A DNA stretch of 64,000 bases from contig CP186953.1 in NCBI GenBank assembly GCA_049570475.1, positions 1,280,001 through 1,344,000 on the forward strand. The letters are read 5' to 3'. Under the pieces are notes generated by a model. It worked only from the letters and a program-made list of their open reading frames with translations, was not told the DNA's origin and did no database searches. Below, one piece after another: positions 1 through 8,108 of this stretch. Position 1 is the stretch's first letter, and each line of letters opens with the position of its first letter. A program made the translations under genes and the position numbers. This DNA is from Candidatus Methanosuratincola verstraetei (lineage in GTDB: Archaea > Thermoproteota > Methanomethylicia > Methanomethylicales > Methanomethylicaceae).

Positions 1-314
1 CTAACCACGTTGTCCAATGCACTGTCGGGCCAAAGCCCGAAGCTCCTCTGGAGTTGTATGGCAGTCTTCCGCTGAAGCTCCAGCATATCCCCCTTCGGGG
101 ATGATGGCGTTATTCTGATCCCATCGAAGCTCACCGATCCTTCGTCAAAGCTCTCGACTCCCCTGAGTATCCTCAAGAGTGTGCTCTTGCCCGCGCCGCT
201 CCTGCCCACAATTCCGACCACTTCTCCTTCCCTTACTGAAAAAGAGATTCCGTCAAGGGCGACGATGCCCCTCTCGGGGTATCTCTTTGTGAGGTCAACT
301 ACTTCAAGCAGCAA
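1..314 (-). CDS. atwA: Methyl-coenzyme M reductase system component A2 (ABC-type ATPase), N-terminal part; runs off the window edge
   Basis: Manual translation from TTG 314: [11 protein letters not shown]...[19 protein letters not shown] (Walker A)...QLQRSFGLW. Lies directly downstream of marker 7. Not in the ORF track. Confidence 0.85.
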   Translation of the reverse strand, partial: MLLEVVDLTKRYPERGIVALDGISFSVREGEVVGIVGRSGAGKSTLLRILRGVESFDEGSVSFDGIRITPSSPKGDMLELQRKTAIQLQRSFGLWPDSALDNVV

Positions 315-327
315 AAAACATCCCCCT

Positions 328-1230
328 TCAAAACATCGACTTCGGAAGCACTTTCACCAGGATGTAGTTTCTCATAAGCGATCTCTTTATCAACGCGAAG
401 TCGGACAGTTTCTTGTCCCCGATGATTATGCCGCCAATCTTATCCTTATAATCGTCGTAAGGCAGCTTCACCCTGACACCGTCTATTTTGAGCGTGACCG
501 GGTTCGGGGAGAGGGCTTCTGTGGACTCAGGAACCTGCCTCTCAATCTCTGCCTTCACGATGATCGGGTCCACGATGAGCGGGTCCAGATCCATCTCCCT
601 CCTCCTTTGCTCGACTACCTCGCCAGCGACCCTGGAGACCTCCCTGAGTTTCTCGATCGACTCGCCCGTCCTAGCCCTCTCAGGGTACCTGCCTATGCCG
701 CCGACATAAGCCTCTGCCCCGGGGATGCTTTTCATGAGTGGCCCGCCAGTGACAATGACTGGCACCTCGATCTCCGAGAAGAGCTTGGTCTTTTTCATAA
801 GGCACTTTTCAAAGTTCCCAAGTGTGAATACCGCAATGTCGTGCTCCTCTATGAGCTCCTTTTCCTTCATGGTGGTGTGCACTATCTTCTGCCCGACACC
901 CCTCGAGAGACCGATTATGTTCGTCTTCGCCCCGTGCCTCCTCAGGTTCTCCGCGATGTCGCAGGCCGGGTGCGGGAGGTGGTGCCTGGAGAGTGTTGGC
1001 GCAACGACCCCAATCTCGGTGCCGATGAGCGGCGCAGGGGTCAGCTTGCCCTTCAATTCTGAGACGATCGCTGAGAGGCGTTCGTTCTCTTCCTCTGGGA
1101 CGGCCAAGTTCATGATGAGATCGAGCCCTACCACGGTCTTCTGGACTAGAAAGCCACCTACATCCTCAAGGAACTCGAGTATCCTTTCGTGCTTGTAAAG
1201 GCCCCCCTCGAAGAGCAGGTACTTAAGCAT
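328..1230 (-). CDS. mmp7: Methanogenesis marker protein 7
   Basis: [53 protein letters not shown]. Start moved to ATG 1230. Confidence 0.9.
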   Translation of the reverse strand: MLKYLLFEGGLYKHERILEFLEDVGGFLVQKTVVGLDLIMNLAVPEEENERLSAIVSELKGKLTPAPLIGTEIGVVAPTLSRHHLPHPACDIAENLRRHGAKTNIIGLSRGVGQKIVHTTMKEKELIEEHDIAVFTLGNFEKCLMKKTKLFSEIEVPVIVTGGPLMKSIPGAEAYVGGIGRYPERARTGESIEKLREVSRVAGEVVEQRRREMDLDPLIVDPIIVKAEIERQVPESTEALSPNPVTLKIDGVRVKLPYDDYKDKIGGIIIGDKKLSDFALIKRSLMRNYILVKVLPKSMF

Positions 1231-1789
1231 GCGAATCCCCCTCCAGCCTTGCCGCAAGCTCTCTCCAGCTTTCCTTTATCGGATCCTCCGAGGCGATTAT
1301 TGTTATCATTCCTCTCTTTTTCAGCGAATTCCTTACCCTGAACCCTTCCGGAATAATCCTGGTCGCGAGCTCGTTTATTCTTGACTCGAGGTCGTAGCCC
1401 TTCTCGCTGAGCCTTATGCCCTTGACCTCCTCTGGATCTGCGCCCGAAACAAAGATCTCAAGCCTGCCTATCTGCTCAACCCTGTCTCTCCCATACTTCG
1501 ACCAGAGCGCCTTGAGGGCGTCCCCAAGGAAGATCTCGCTGCTCAGGGTTATCCTGATGCCGTTCTTTCTCGAGTCTATGTAGGACGCATCGCCGAGCGT
1601 GCTCTTGCCAGTTACCTCCTTGTACCTTATGACTATTATGAAGACGGGCTCCTCCACCCTTATCAGCATGTCAATCGAATCTATGCTCCCTCCGAGCCCC
1701 AAGTCCTCAACGCTCTTCTCTGCGATGTACTTGTACTGCTGCCCGCCCAGCTCGTCTGATGAATCCACGAATATCCTAATCTTTCCCAC
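1223..1789 (-). CDS. mmp17: Methanogenesis marker protein 17
   Basis: LWSKYGRDRVEQ, RIIPEGFRVR and ASEDPIKESW motifs; position between markers 6 and 7. Confidence 0.85.
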   Translation of the reverse strand: MGKIRIFVDSSDELGGQQYKYIAEKSVEDLGLGGSIDSIDMLIRVEEPVFIIVIRYKEVTGKSTLGDASYIDSRKNGIRITLSSEIFLGDALKALWSKYGRDRVEQIGRLEIFVSGADPEEVKGIRLSEKGYDLESRINELATRIIPEGFRVRNSLKKRGMITIIASEDPIKESWRELAARLEGDSHA

Positions 1790-2195
1790 CCTCTTCTTTG
1801 ATAACCCTCTTCAGCGTCTCCACGTCGAGCTTGGTCTTCGGCCTCTCGGAGGGGACCTTCTTTCCCTCCTCCTCCAGCGCCTTCGAAACATTCTTCAAAA
1901 CCTCGCGCTCGGAGCTCAGCATGTGGTAGCCTGGCCTTGGGCCCCCGCCCCTCTTTGCCCTGCAGATCCTCTCGTCGCCGATCCTGTAACCCCGCTGCTT
2001 GTAGAATACCTTTTTCGGGTCTAGCGCCCTCAAGTCCTCAAGGACGGACCTGACCTTCTCCTCCTCCCCCTCCACGAGCAGGCCATAGCAGGTCTCCTTG
2101 TAGTCTATCCCCCCTATCTGGGCAGCCTTCTCGGCGAGCATTGAGGGGGTCAGATTAGAGTCCGGAGAAAGGACGACAAGGAATGTCTTGATCAT
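1776..2195 (-). CDS. mmp6: Methanogenesis marker protein 6
   Basis: KETCYG, KQRGYRIGDERICRAKRGGGPRPGYH. Confidence 0.9.
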   Translation of the reverse strand: MIKTFLVVLSPDSNLTPSMLAEKAAQIGGIDYKETCYGLLVEGEEEKVRSVLEDLRALDPKKVFYKQRGYRIGDERICRAKRGGGPRPGYHMLSSEREVLKNVSKALEEEGKKVPSERPKTKLDVETLKRVIKEEGGKD

Positions 2196-3727
2196 CCTCT
2201 CAGCTCCTGGATATACAGCTCGCTGCCCTCCTTAAGCCTCCTGAGCAGGTCCAGCCCTCCTTGCACCTCTCCGATCAGATTCGTCCCGTCGAAGCTCTCG
2301 GCAGTTGGGCCGAACTTCTCGCTGTCCGTCATCCTGATCCCTATCATCCCTGCAAACTTCTTCACAGTGTTAGTGACCCCTATCGACCCGGCGAATACCT
2401 TATCGCTGGGCGTATTCTCCGGCGTGAGCCCTTTTGCGATCTCTTCATTTCCCTTGAATAGGATCATCTCCATCTTCGGGGTCGCAAAGTAAACCCTCAA
2501 TTTCCCGAATGCCTTCCGCTCGAGCCCAGTGACCGCCCTGAAGTACCTGACTGAGTTTGGCGCTTTGTCCTCATAAAGCCTGATTTTAAGGATGCTCTCC
2601 GGTCTTATCGCCTTGCACTTGACAGTCCGCTTCTTGTAAATCTCTAGCGAGTTCTGCGGCTCATGCTCCACAATTACGCCCGAATCGTTATCCGCAGGCG
2701 ATCCTTCGGTCTCCAACTCAACACCTATTGAGTCGAGTGCGGATCTAGCCTCAGAAACATTCTTCCCGAGCAGGTCGATCCTCGGAGGACTGACCGACAC
2801 CTCAAGGCAATCCCCTTCTTTTGCCAAGTCCACTAGCTCGATCCCCCCGTTGACTCTGCCGACTATGGTATGCGACTGAGCCAGCGGAGCCTCCCTCTTG
2901 TAGATGTATGCTGCCCCCACATTCTCACCAGAATTCCGTATCGTGAGGCTGCCCCTCTTCCTTTCCCCCAGCTTCTCCACCGGGAGGGCAATGACCTTCT
3001 TCTCGCTGTTGCAGATGTAACTGCTGGTCTCTGACGAGACCTTGATGACGCCGTCGTTAAGCACGTTGTATGCCTGCTCCCCGCAGACTGGCGAGTCAAA
3101 GTCGAGCTCTACCTCGACTTTGGTGAAGATCTTGTCACCTTCCTCAAGTGGCATCCCTGCTTCGCCCTTGAGCAGCGACTTTGCAAGCTCCTTTGTCTCG
3201 AGTACTGGCCTGATGGAAATGATCCTGTCCCCCATCCTGAGCAGCCCGACCAAGTGCCTTCCATAGACTATCCTGCCCAGGACAGCGCATCCCTTGGGCG
3301 GGTAATAGGAAGCCGAGTGCGGCCGCTTTGAGAAGACCAGCAGCGTGTTCTCCTTGCTTAGCCCTGAAAGGCTGAGCGTCACCTCGTACCTCCCGAGGCT
3401 CACCGGTTCCATCGAGGGCTGAGCGTCGAATACGGTGGAACCGAAAACTACCGCATCCTTCGTGGTCCACCTCACACCTGCCCCCTTGTAGCCGTGGCAG
3501 GATTTTCTCCATCGCTCGAGGAGATCGCCGCATTCTACCCTCAGTATCATCCGGCCCCTAGTCGTTTCAATCTCAAAGAGGTCTGTCTCAACGCTCTCTT
3601 CCTTTACCTTCTTCTTGACTGCGATTATGCACCCCTCTTTGACAGGGATGCCAGCCCTTTCCAGCATCCCGCCAAGGCTCTCTCTTTCGCCTGCCTCGTA
3701 CTCTTTTCCGTCGATAATTATTCTCAA
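2192..3727 (-). CDS. mmp3: Methanogenesis marker protein 3 (cyclophilin-like domains)
   Basis: IETTRG, APNSVRYFRAVTGL, PENTP, IGVTN, FGPTAESFDGTNLIG. Likely start TTG 3727 (MRIIIDG); the ORF track starts at 3751. Confidence 0.9.
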   Translation of the reverse strand: MRIIIDGKEYEAGERESLGGMLERAGIPVKEGCIIAVKKKVKEESVETDLFEIETTRGRMILRVECGDLLERWRKSCHGYKGAGVRWTTKDAVVFGSTVFDAQPSMEPVSLGRYEVTLSLSGLSKENTLLVFSKRPHSASYYPPKGCAVLGRIVYGRHLVGLLRMGDRIISIRPVLETKELAKSLLKGEAGMPLEEGDKIFTKVEVELDFDSPVCGEQAYNVLNDGVIKVSSETSSYICNSEKKVIALPVEKLGERKRGSLTIRNSGENVGAAYIYKREAPLAQSHTIVGRVNGGIELVDLAKEGDCLEVSVSPPRIDLLGKNVSEARSALDSIGVELETEGSPADNDSGVIVEHEPQNSLEIYKKRTVKCKAIRPESILKIRLYEDKAPNSVRYFRAVTGLERKAFGKLRVYFATPKMEMILFKGNEEIAKGLTPENTPSDKVFAGSIGVTNTVKKFAGMIGIRMTDSEKFGPTAESFDGTNLIGEVQGGLDLLRRLKEGSELYIQELRG

Positions 3728-3795
3728 AGGGGGACACTCCCGCGGTAGCACTACATTATTAAATCCCTGATTAATTTATAGGTTAGTGATCCAGG
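3728..3795. promoter_or_regulatory. Compact divergent promoter region between mmp3-6-17-7-atwA and mcrD-mcrC-mmp5
   Basis: AT-rich stretch (TTATTAAAT, TTAATTTATA) between head-to-head operons. Confidence 0.55.
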
Positions 3796-4125
3796 ATGTC
3801 CCAGCAAGCTCATTTCAGGGAAATCGAGGTCATGCCGAGGCGACTGATGAGCGACAAGAAGGCAATGGATTTGGCCGCGATAATGCGCGATACCGAGGGT
3901 GTCGAAGAGGTTCTGACCCACGGCCCAAGGTTTTCAGGCGGCGGGCGCCTAACGGGCAGGTTCATAATTGTGGTGAAAAGCGGCTTCACGCCTGAAGATG
4001 TAATAGCAAAGCTGAAGCCCGTATGCGACCAGTCCATGCCTTATGGCTACGATGTCAGAGTAGGTCAATTCACAAAGCCAAGGCCGACTGTTAAGGACTA
4101 CCTACGCGGACTGAAAGGTGAATAG
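3796..4125 (+). CDS. mcrD: Methyl-coenzyme M reductase operon protein D (short form)
   Basis: EIEVMPRRLM, VLTHGP, GRFII, PYGYDVRVGQFTKPRPTVKDY. Confidence 0.85.
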   Translation: MSQQAHFREIEVMPRRLMSDKKAMDLAAIMRDTEGVEEVLTHGPRFSGGGRLTGRFIIVVKSGFTPEDVIAKLKPVCDQSMPYGYDVRVGQFTKPRPTVKDYLRGLKGE

Positions 4126-4786
4126 GTTGCAGGATTCAATTGGCAGAGACGTGCAGATTGTCGACTGCAGGGAGTCGATGGGCATTGGAGAGGGCGGCGG
4201 CCTTGCCCAGCGCGGGACAATCTCGGAATCAGAGAGCTTCGAGGTAGTTGCAATCGCAATGTCGCCCTCTAAGCGGCACATTACCAAGCCGATCTGCGAG
4301 ATCACTTATGGCCTCAGGGAACAGGGGATACGCACCAGCGTGCTCGTGCTCGAGTCCGGTGCCGGGGTCCCTCCTGACTCGCCTTACGGTGGCGCCCCTG
4401 GCGGATCGATGGCTGGCATGAACGAAAAGGAGGTATTCCAGATAAGGCGTTTCAAGCTTGCGCTCATCCACCTTGGTGGCATCAGCGGTCACGTGGTCCA
4501 CAAGGCAAAGTCGTTCCTCAGGTATGTCGACATCCCGGCGATAGTAGTATGCGAGGCCCCTGTTGACTACGAGGACTTTGCAAAGGTCGGCATAATCACT
4601 CGCTTGGTCCGGCCGCCTCCTGGCAAGGTCGAATGCGCTGGTGTAATTGTGGATCTGGTCACAGGCGTCGTCAGGGGAGTGAGCTGCCCAAGGGACAAGC
4701 TGAATGAGATAGTGATAAAAGTGAAGTTCTGGTTGAGCAAGGTAGATAGCAAAGAAGTGATCCTAGGGAGGAATAACGTTGGCTAA
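4118..4786 (+). CDS. mcrC: Methyl-coenzyme M reductase operon protein C
   Basis: VDCRESMGIGEGGGLAQRGTISE, AMSPSKRHITKPICEIT, VTGVVRGVSCP. Confidence 0.95.
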   Translation: MNRLQDSIGRDVQIVDCRESMGIGEGGGLAQRGTISESESFEVVAIAMSPSKRHITKPICEITYGLREQGIRTSVLVLESGAGVPPDSPYGGAPGGSMAGMNEKEVFQIRRFKLALIHLGGISGHVVHKAKSFLRYVDIPAIVVCEAPVDYEDFAKVGIITRLVRPPPGKVECAGVIVDLVTGVVRGVSCPRDKLNEIVIKVKFWLSKVDSKEVILGRNNVG

Positions 4787-5243
4787 AGTTTTCATCTTCC
4801 CGCCCAACAGTCTTATCCTGTACGACCTCGTGACGCGAGAAGGTCATATTCCACTCGGTCTCGGCGAGGAGGTCGCCAAGAACCTCTCGAAGCCGGAGAT
4901 AGACTCGCCTCCGATGAACATCACTCCAGAGTTCCCCAGGAGAGGGCTGAAGTATGCTGCTATAGAAGTCCCGTCGGGTGTGAGGGGTCGCCTGGCTCTC
5001 ATCGGGCCGCTCATAGAGGATGCTGATGCAGCAATCGTGGTGGAGGATCCCGAAGCCCTGTTCGGCTGTGCCAGCTGTGGCAGGACCAACGAGTTCATCC
5101 GCTACCTGCTGAAGCGTAGGGGGATTCCGGTCGTTTTAGTCCCCTACCCTCGCACAGAGGAGGACGCCAGGGTAATGGTCTCAAAGATAAGGTCATTCCT
5201 CAAGTCTCTTGGTGATAAGAATGGCATGCCTAGTGGTTCATGA
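4779..5243 (+). CDS. mmp5: Methanogenesis marker protein 5
   Basis: KVFIFPPNSLIL, GLKYAAIEVPSGVRGR, FGCASCGRTNE. Confidence 0.92.
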   Translation: MAKVFIFPPNSLILYDLVTREGHIPLGLGEEVAKNLSKPEIDSPPMNITPEFPRRGLKYAAIEVPSGVRGRLALIGPLIEDADAAIVVEDPEALFGCASCGRTNEFIRYLLKRRGIPVVLVPYPRTEEDARVMVSKIRSFLKSLGDKNGMPSGS

Positions 5244-5724
5244 CAAAAAACTTGCAGAGGTCTGCAGCGCACTGCTTGATGAAAAGTCGCGCGAAGTCCT
5301 TCTGTCCCTTCAGAAGGGCCCTTTGACTATGGATCAGATGTCCGAAGCGCTCTTGATCAGCAAGAAGGACGCATCAGACCGCCTGGAAAAGTTAGTGAAT
5401 GGAAACCTGGTCAGGCGGATACCAGGGATAGGGAAGGGTCCTGACCTGTATGCGCTCGAGTTCTCGATCGCGATCGGGGATGAAAATAGCCCTGAGCTTG
5501 CGGAAGACCTATACCAGGCGATGGCAGAGTCGCTTTACTCCTTCTTGGACAGGAATTCCGAAAGGGTGTCGGATCTCTGCGATGAGCTTGGCGCCTCGCT
5601 TGGTAGGGCAGTCGAGCAGCTGTTCCTTACCGCGATCGCCAGGATAGTGAGGGACCTCCAGAGCGAGATGCAAGATGAGGACAGGCGTCTGAGCGCTCAC
5701 CTTGGTGGCGAAACTCCTACCTGA
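5221..5724 (+). CDS. Winged-helix (ArsR/TrmB-like) putative transcriptional regulator
   Basis: ALLDEKSREVLLSLQKGPLTMDQMSEAL...RLEKLVNGNLVRR...GKGPDLY pattern; overlaps the end of mmp5. Confidence 0.65.
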   Translation: MACLVVHDKKLAEVCSALLDEKSREVLLSLQKGPLTMDQMSEALLISKKDASDRLEKLVNGNLVRRIPGIGKGPDLYALEFSIAIGDENSPELAEDLYQAMAESLYSFLDRNSERVSDLCDELGASLGRAVEQLFLTAIARIVRDLQSEMQDEDRRLSAHLGGETPT

Positions 5725-5995
5725 ACTTCTCAAGCATCTCCGTCATTTTTTTGACAATGAATTCATGCGCTTTCTCAAGCCTGTCCCTGCTTCCGACTAG
5801 AACCCATGAAAGCGGGGCAGCCTCGTTTTCCCCTATCCCTGGGACGATCACTTCTTTCTCGCTCAGCTCGATCCCGAAACGGTTGACGGCCTCCGCAATG
5901 ACTGAATAAGGCGTCCCTGCCGGAATCGGCATGTAATATTGCTTTTCTTCCCCTGAAGGGGGCTCTTCCCTTCCCCCTTTTTCACCTTTTGCCAT
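5717..5995 (-). CDS. Small hypothetical protein
   Basis: 92 aa, IPAGTPYSVIAEAVNRFGIEL...LVGSRDRLEKA; downstream of the HD gene. Confidence 0.65.
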   Translation of the reverse strand: MAKGEKGGREEPPSGEEKQYYMPIPAGTPYSVIAEAVNRFGIELSEKEVIVPGIGENEAAPLSWVLVGSRDRLEKAHEFIVKKMTEMLEKFR

Positions 5996-6018
5996 AGTTA
6001 TCAAACACCCCGATTGAT

Positions 6019-6585
6019 TTATCTGCCTTTCGACGCAAGGATCGCCTCCAATTGAACCCTAAGTTCGTCTTCCCGTATCTCCTCGATCATGCCTTGCGCC
6101 TCTTCCGTGCAGGATTCGATTATATCGATGACAGGGAATCCTCTCCCAAGGTATATCTCAGCCTGCCGGAGCGTGGCCAGAAGATCTGCGATTTTGACTA
6201 GCTTCGACTCTGTCGTCTCCCTCTGCAGGTATTCTATGAAGAGATCGGCTAGTCTGCTGCCGTCAGTCCCGCCAAAGATCCCCCTGATTATTTCGGTCTC
6301 AACCCCCTCCTTCAGATCCTTCCCAAGCCTCTCTGTGAGTGATCTGGGGATGTCCCCTGCAACGGCCTCCCCCATGTCGTGTATGATCCCCATGAGGATC
6401 ATCCTCTCTCGATCCAAGTGCAATGCGCTGCGACTGGCTGAGATGTATCCCAAGATTGCCGTAACCATGAACGTGTGCTCCGCAACTGTTTCGGCCTCGC
6501 CCCTCGGCACGCCCCTCTGGATCCAGCCCGTCCTAGGCATGTTCTTCAGCACTGAGGCTACCCTGACAAGATTCTCGAATCCCAA
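6019..6585 (-). CDS. HD-domain hydrolase (YfbR/HDDC2-like 5'-deoxynucleotidase)
   Basis: LKNMPRTGW, ETVAEH, IHDMGEAVAGDIP, VKIAD. Confidence 0.88.
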   Translation of the reverse strand: MGFENLVRVASVLKNMPRTGWIQRGVPRGEAETVAEHTFMVTAILGYISASRSALHLDRERMILMGIIHDMGEAVAGDIPRSLTERLGKDLKEGVETEIIRGIFGGTDGSRLADLFIEYLQRETTESKLVKIADLLATLRQAEIYLGRGFPVIDIIESCTEEAQGMIEEIREDELRVQLEAILASKGR

Positions 6586-6649
6586 TCAAACCACGACGAA
6601 TACTTGACGTCAATTCTATATAACTAATCCGCCAATCATCCCTCTGTAG

Positions 6650-6841
6650 GTGCCAAATTTGGCAAAAGTACCGCGGGTTGACAGGGGTCTGTGCATCGGA
6701 TGCGGCAACTGCACTCTCGTTTGCCCTGAGGTCTTTGAACTCGACCAAGAAGGCAAGTCCCGAGTCATAAACGAGGCAGGTAAATGCGATCTTGATTATG
6801 CCGTTTCTTCATGCCCCGTGGGCGCAATCTCACTGGTCTGA
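6650..6841 (+). CDS. Monocluster [4Fe-4S] ferredoxin
   Basis: CIGCGNCTLVCPEVF...CPVGAI. Confidence 0.9.
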   Translation: MPNLAKVPRVDRGLCIGCGNCTLVCPEVFELDQEGKSRVINEAGKCDLDYAVSSCPVGAISLV

Positions 6842-8107
6842 GCTCTTACCCCTCAATGCCTCCAATATTTCCTTGGCCCTCGAAACCCTTATATTCCCTT
6901 CAGCTACCATCGCGCTGGCGACTTTTTCGACCTCTTGCCCTGTCGCTCCGGCCATGATTGCGACGTTCCTTGAATGGAGCCGCATGTGCCCCTTCTGGAT
7001 GCCCTCGCTCACTAGTGCCCTCAAGGCTGCGAAATTTTGGGCGAGCCCTACCGCGCATACGACTTCTGCGAGCTCATTCGCGCTCTTGGCGCCTATTATC
7101 TTTAGCACTGTCTGGGCTACAGGATGGACCTTTGTAGCCCCGCCAACAATGCCCAGTGCCAGCGGAAGCTCAAGCTCTCCCACGAGGTTGCCTTCCTTAT
7201 CCTTCCACCACTTGGATAGCGGGAGATACTTGCCGGAGATCGCAGCATAGGCATGAGCCCCTGCCTCTACTGCCCTCGAGTCATTCCCGGTGGCTATTGT
7301 GACTGCTGTTATTCCATTCATTATGCCCTTGTTGTGCGTTGCAGCTCGGTACGGATCGGCGCAAGCAAAGTCATATGCGGCGATTATTCCTTCAATGATC
7401 TCATCCCCTAAAGCCCCGCGCCTGAAGACCACGCTGGATCGGGACATCCTCTCGGTAGTTAGGTTAGACAGAATCCTGAGGAGACTCCTCCCTCCTGTGA
7501 GTTCCTCCAGCCTCGGAGCGATCCCCTCCAATATGGTGTTGACCACATTCGCCCCCATAGCGTCCCTGCAGTCAACGTAAAATTCGGCGACGAGCATCCT
7601 CCTCGGCTCTTCAAAAGCCTTGACCTTGAGATCAACCACGCCGCCGCCCATCTTGGGCAACGATCCTGCAAACCTGTTTGCTTCCTCCATAAGCCCACAC
7701 TTGGCTTCCAGGATTCTCTGGGCAGGCGTGGCTAGATCGCCGAGCCCTATGATCTGGACCTGCCCACGCACCACTGGTCTAGTGCTGGCTGCCTTGAACC
7801 CCTCCGGGAGGGCAAGCTTGGCTGCGTGGCTCGCAGCCGCAATTACAGAAGCCTCTTCTGTTGCCATTGGCACGAGGTAGTCCCTGCCATTCACCCTGAA
7901 GTTCGTGGCTATCCCGAGCGGGAGCTGGAATGTCCCTACTACGTTCTCTACCATGATGTTGGCGAGCTCGACCGGCAGCCCTTCCTTGAGCCTTTGGATA
8001 TCCTCCTCTTCCAGGCCTGCAACTTCCCTAAGCGTCTCTATCCTCTCATCCACGCTCTTCTTGTAGAAGCCGCTCAAACTACTGCTTCCTTTCAAGGAAA
8101 CTGCCAC
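6830..8107 (-). CDS. mvaA: HMG-CoA reductase, class II (MvaA type)
   Basis: ENVVG, MATEEASV, DAMGANVVN, RAATHNKGIMNG, GNDSRAVEAGAHAYA, EGIQKGHMRLH. Confidence 0.92.
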   Translation of the reverse strand: MAVSLKGSSSLSGFYKKSVDERIETLREVAGLEEEDIQRLKEGLPVELANIMVENVVGTFQLPLGIATNFRVNGRDYLVPMATEEASVIAAASHAAKLALPEGFKAASTRPVVRGQVQIIGLGDLATPAQRILEAKCGLMEEANRFAGSLPKMGGGVVDLKVKAFEEPRRMLVAEFYVDCRDAMGANVVNTILEGIAPRLEELTGGRSLLRILSNLTTERMSRSSVVFRRGALGDEIIEGIIAAYDFACADPYRAATHNKGIMNGITAVTIATGNDSRAVEAGAHAYAAISGKYLPLSKWWKDKEGNLVGELELPLALGIVGGATKVHPVAQTVLKIIGAKSANELAEVVCAVGLAQNFAALRALVSEGIQKGHMRLHSRNVAIMAGATGQEVEKVASAMVAEGNIRVSRAKEILEALRGKSSDQ

Positions 8108-8108
8108 C

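Noticed and set aside
181-1062. 293-aa + strand ORF and many similar long antisense ORFs (for example 9658-10422, 13335-14099, 62369-63178)
   Set aside because: They shadow well-supported genes on the opposite strand and have no recognisable motifs.
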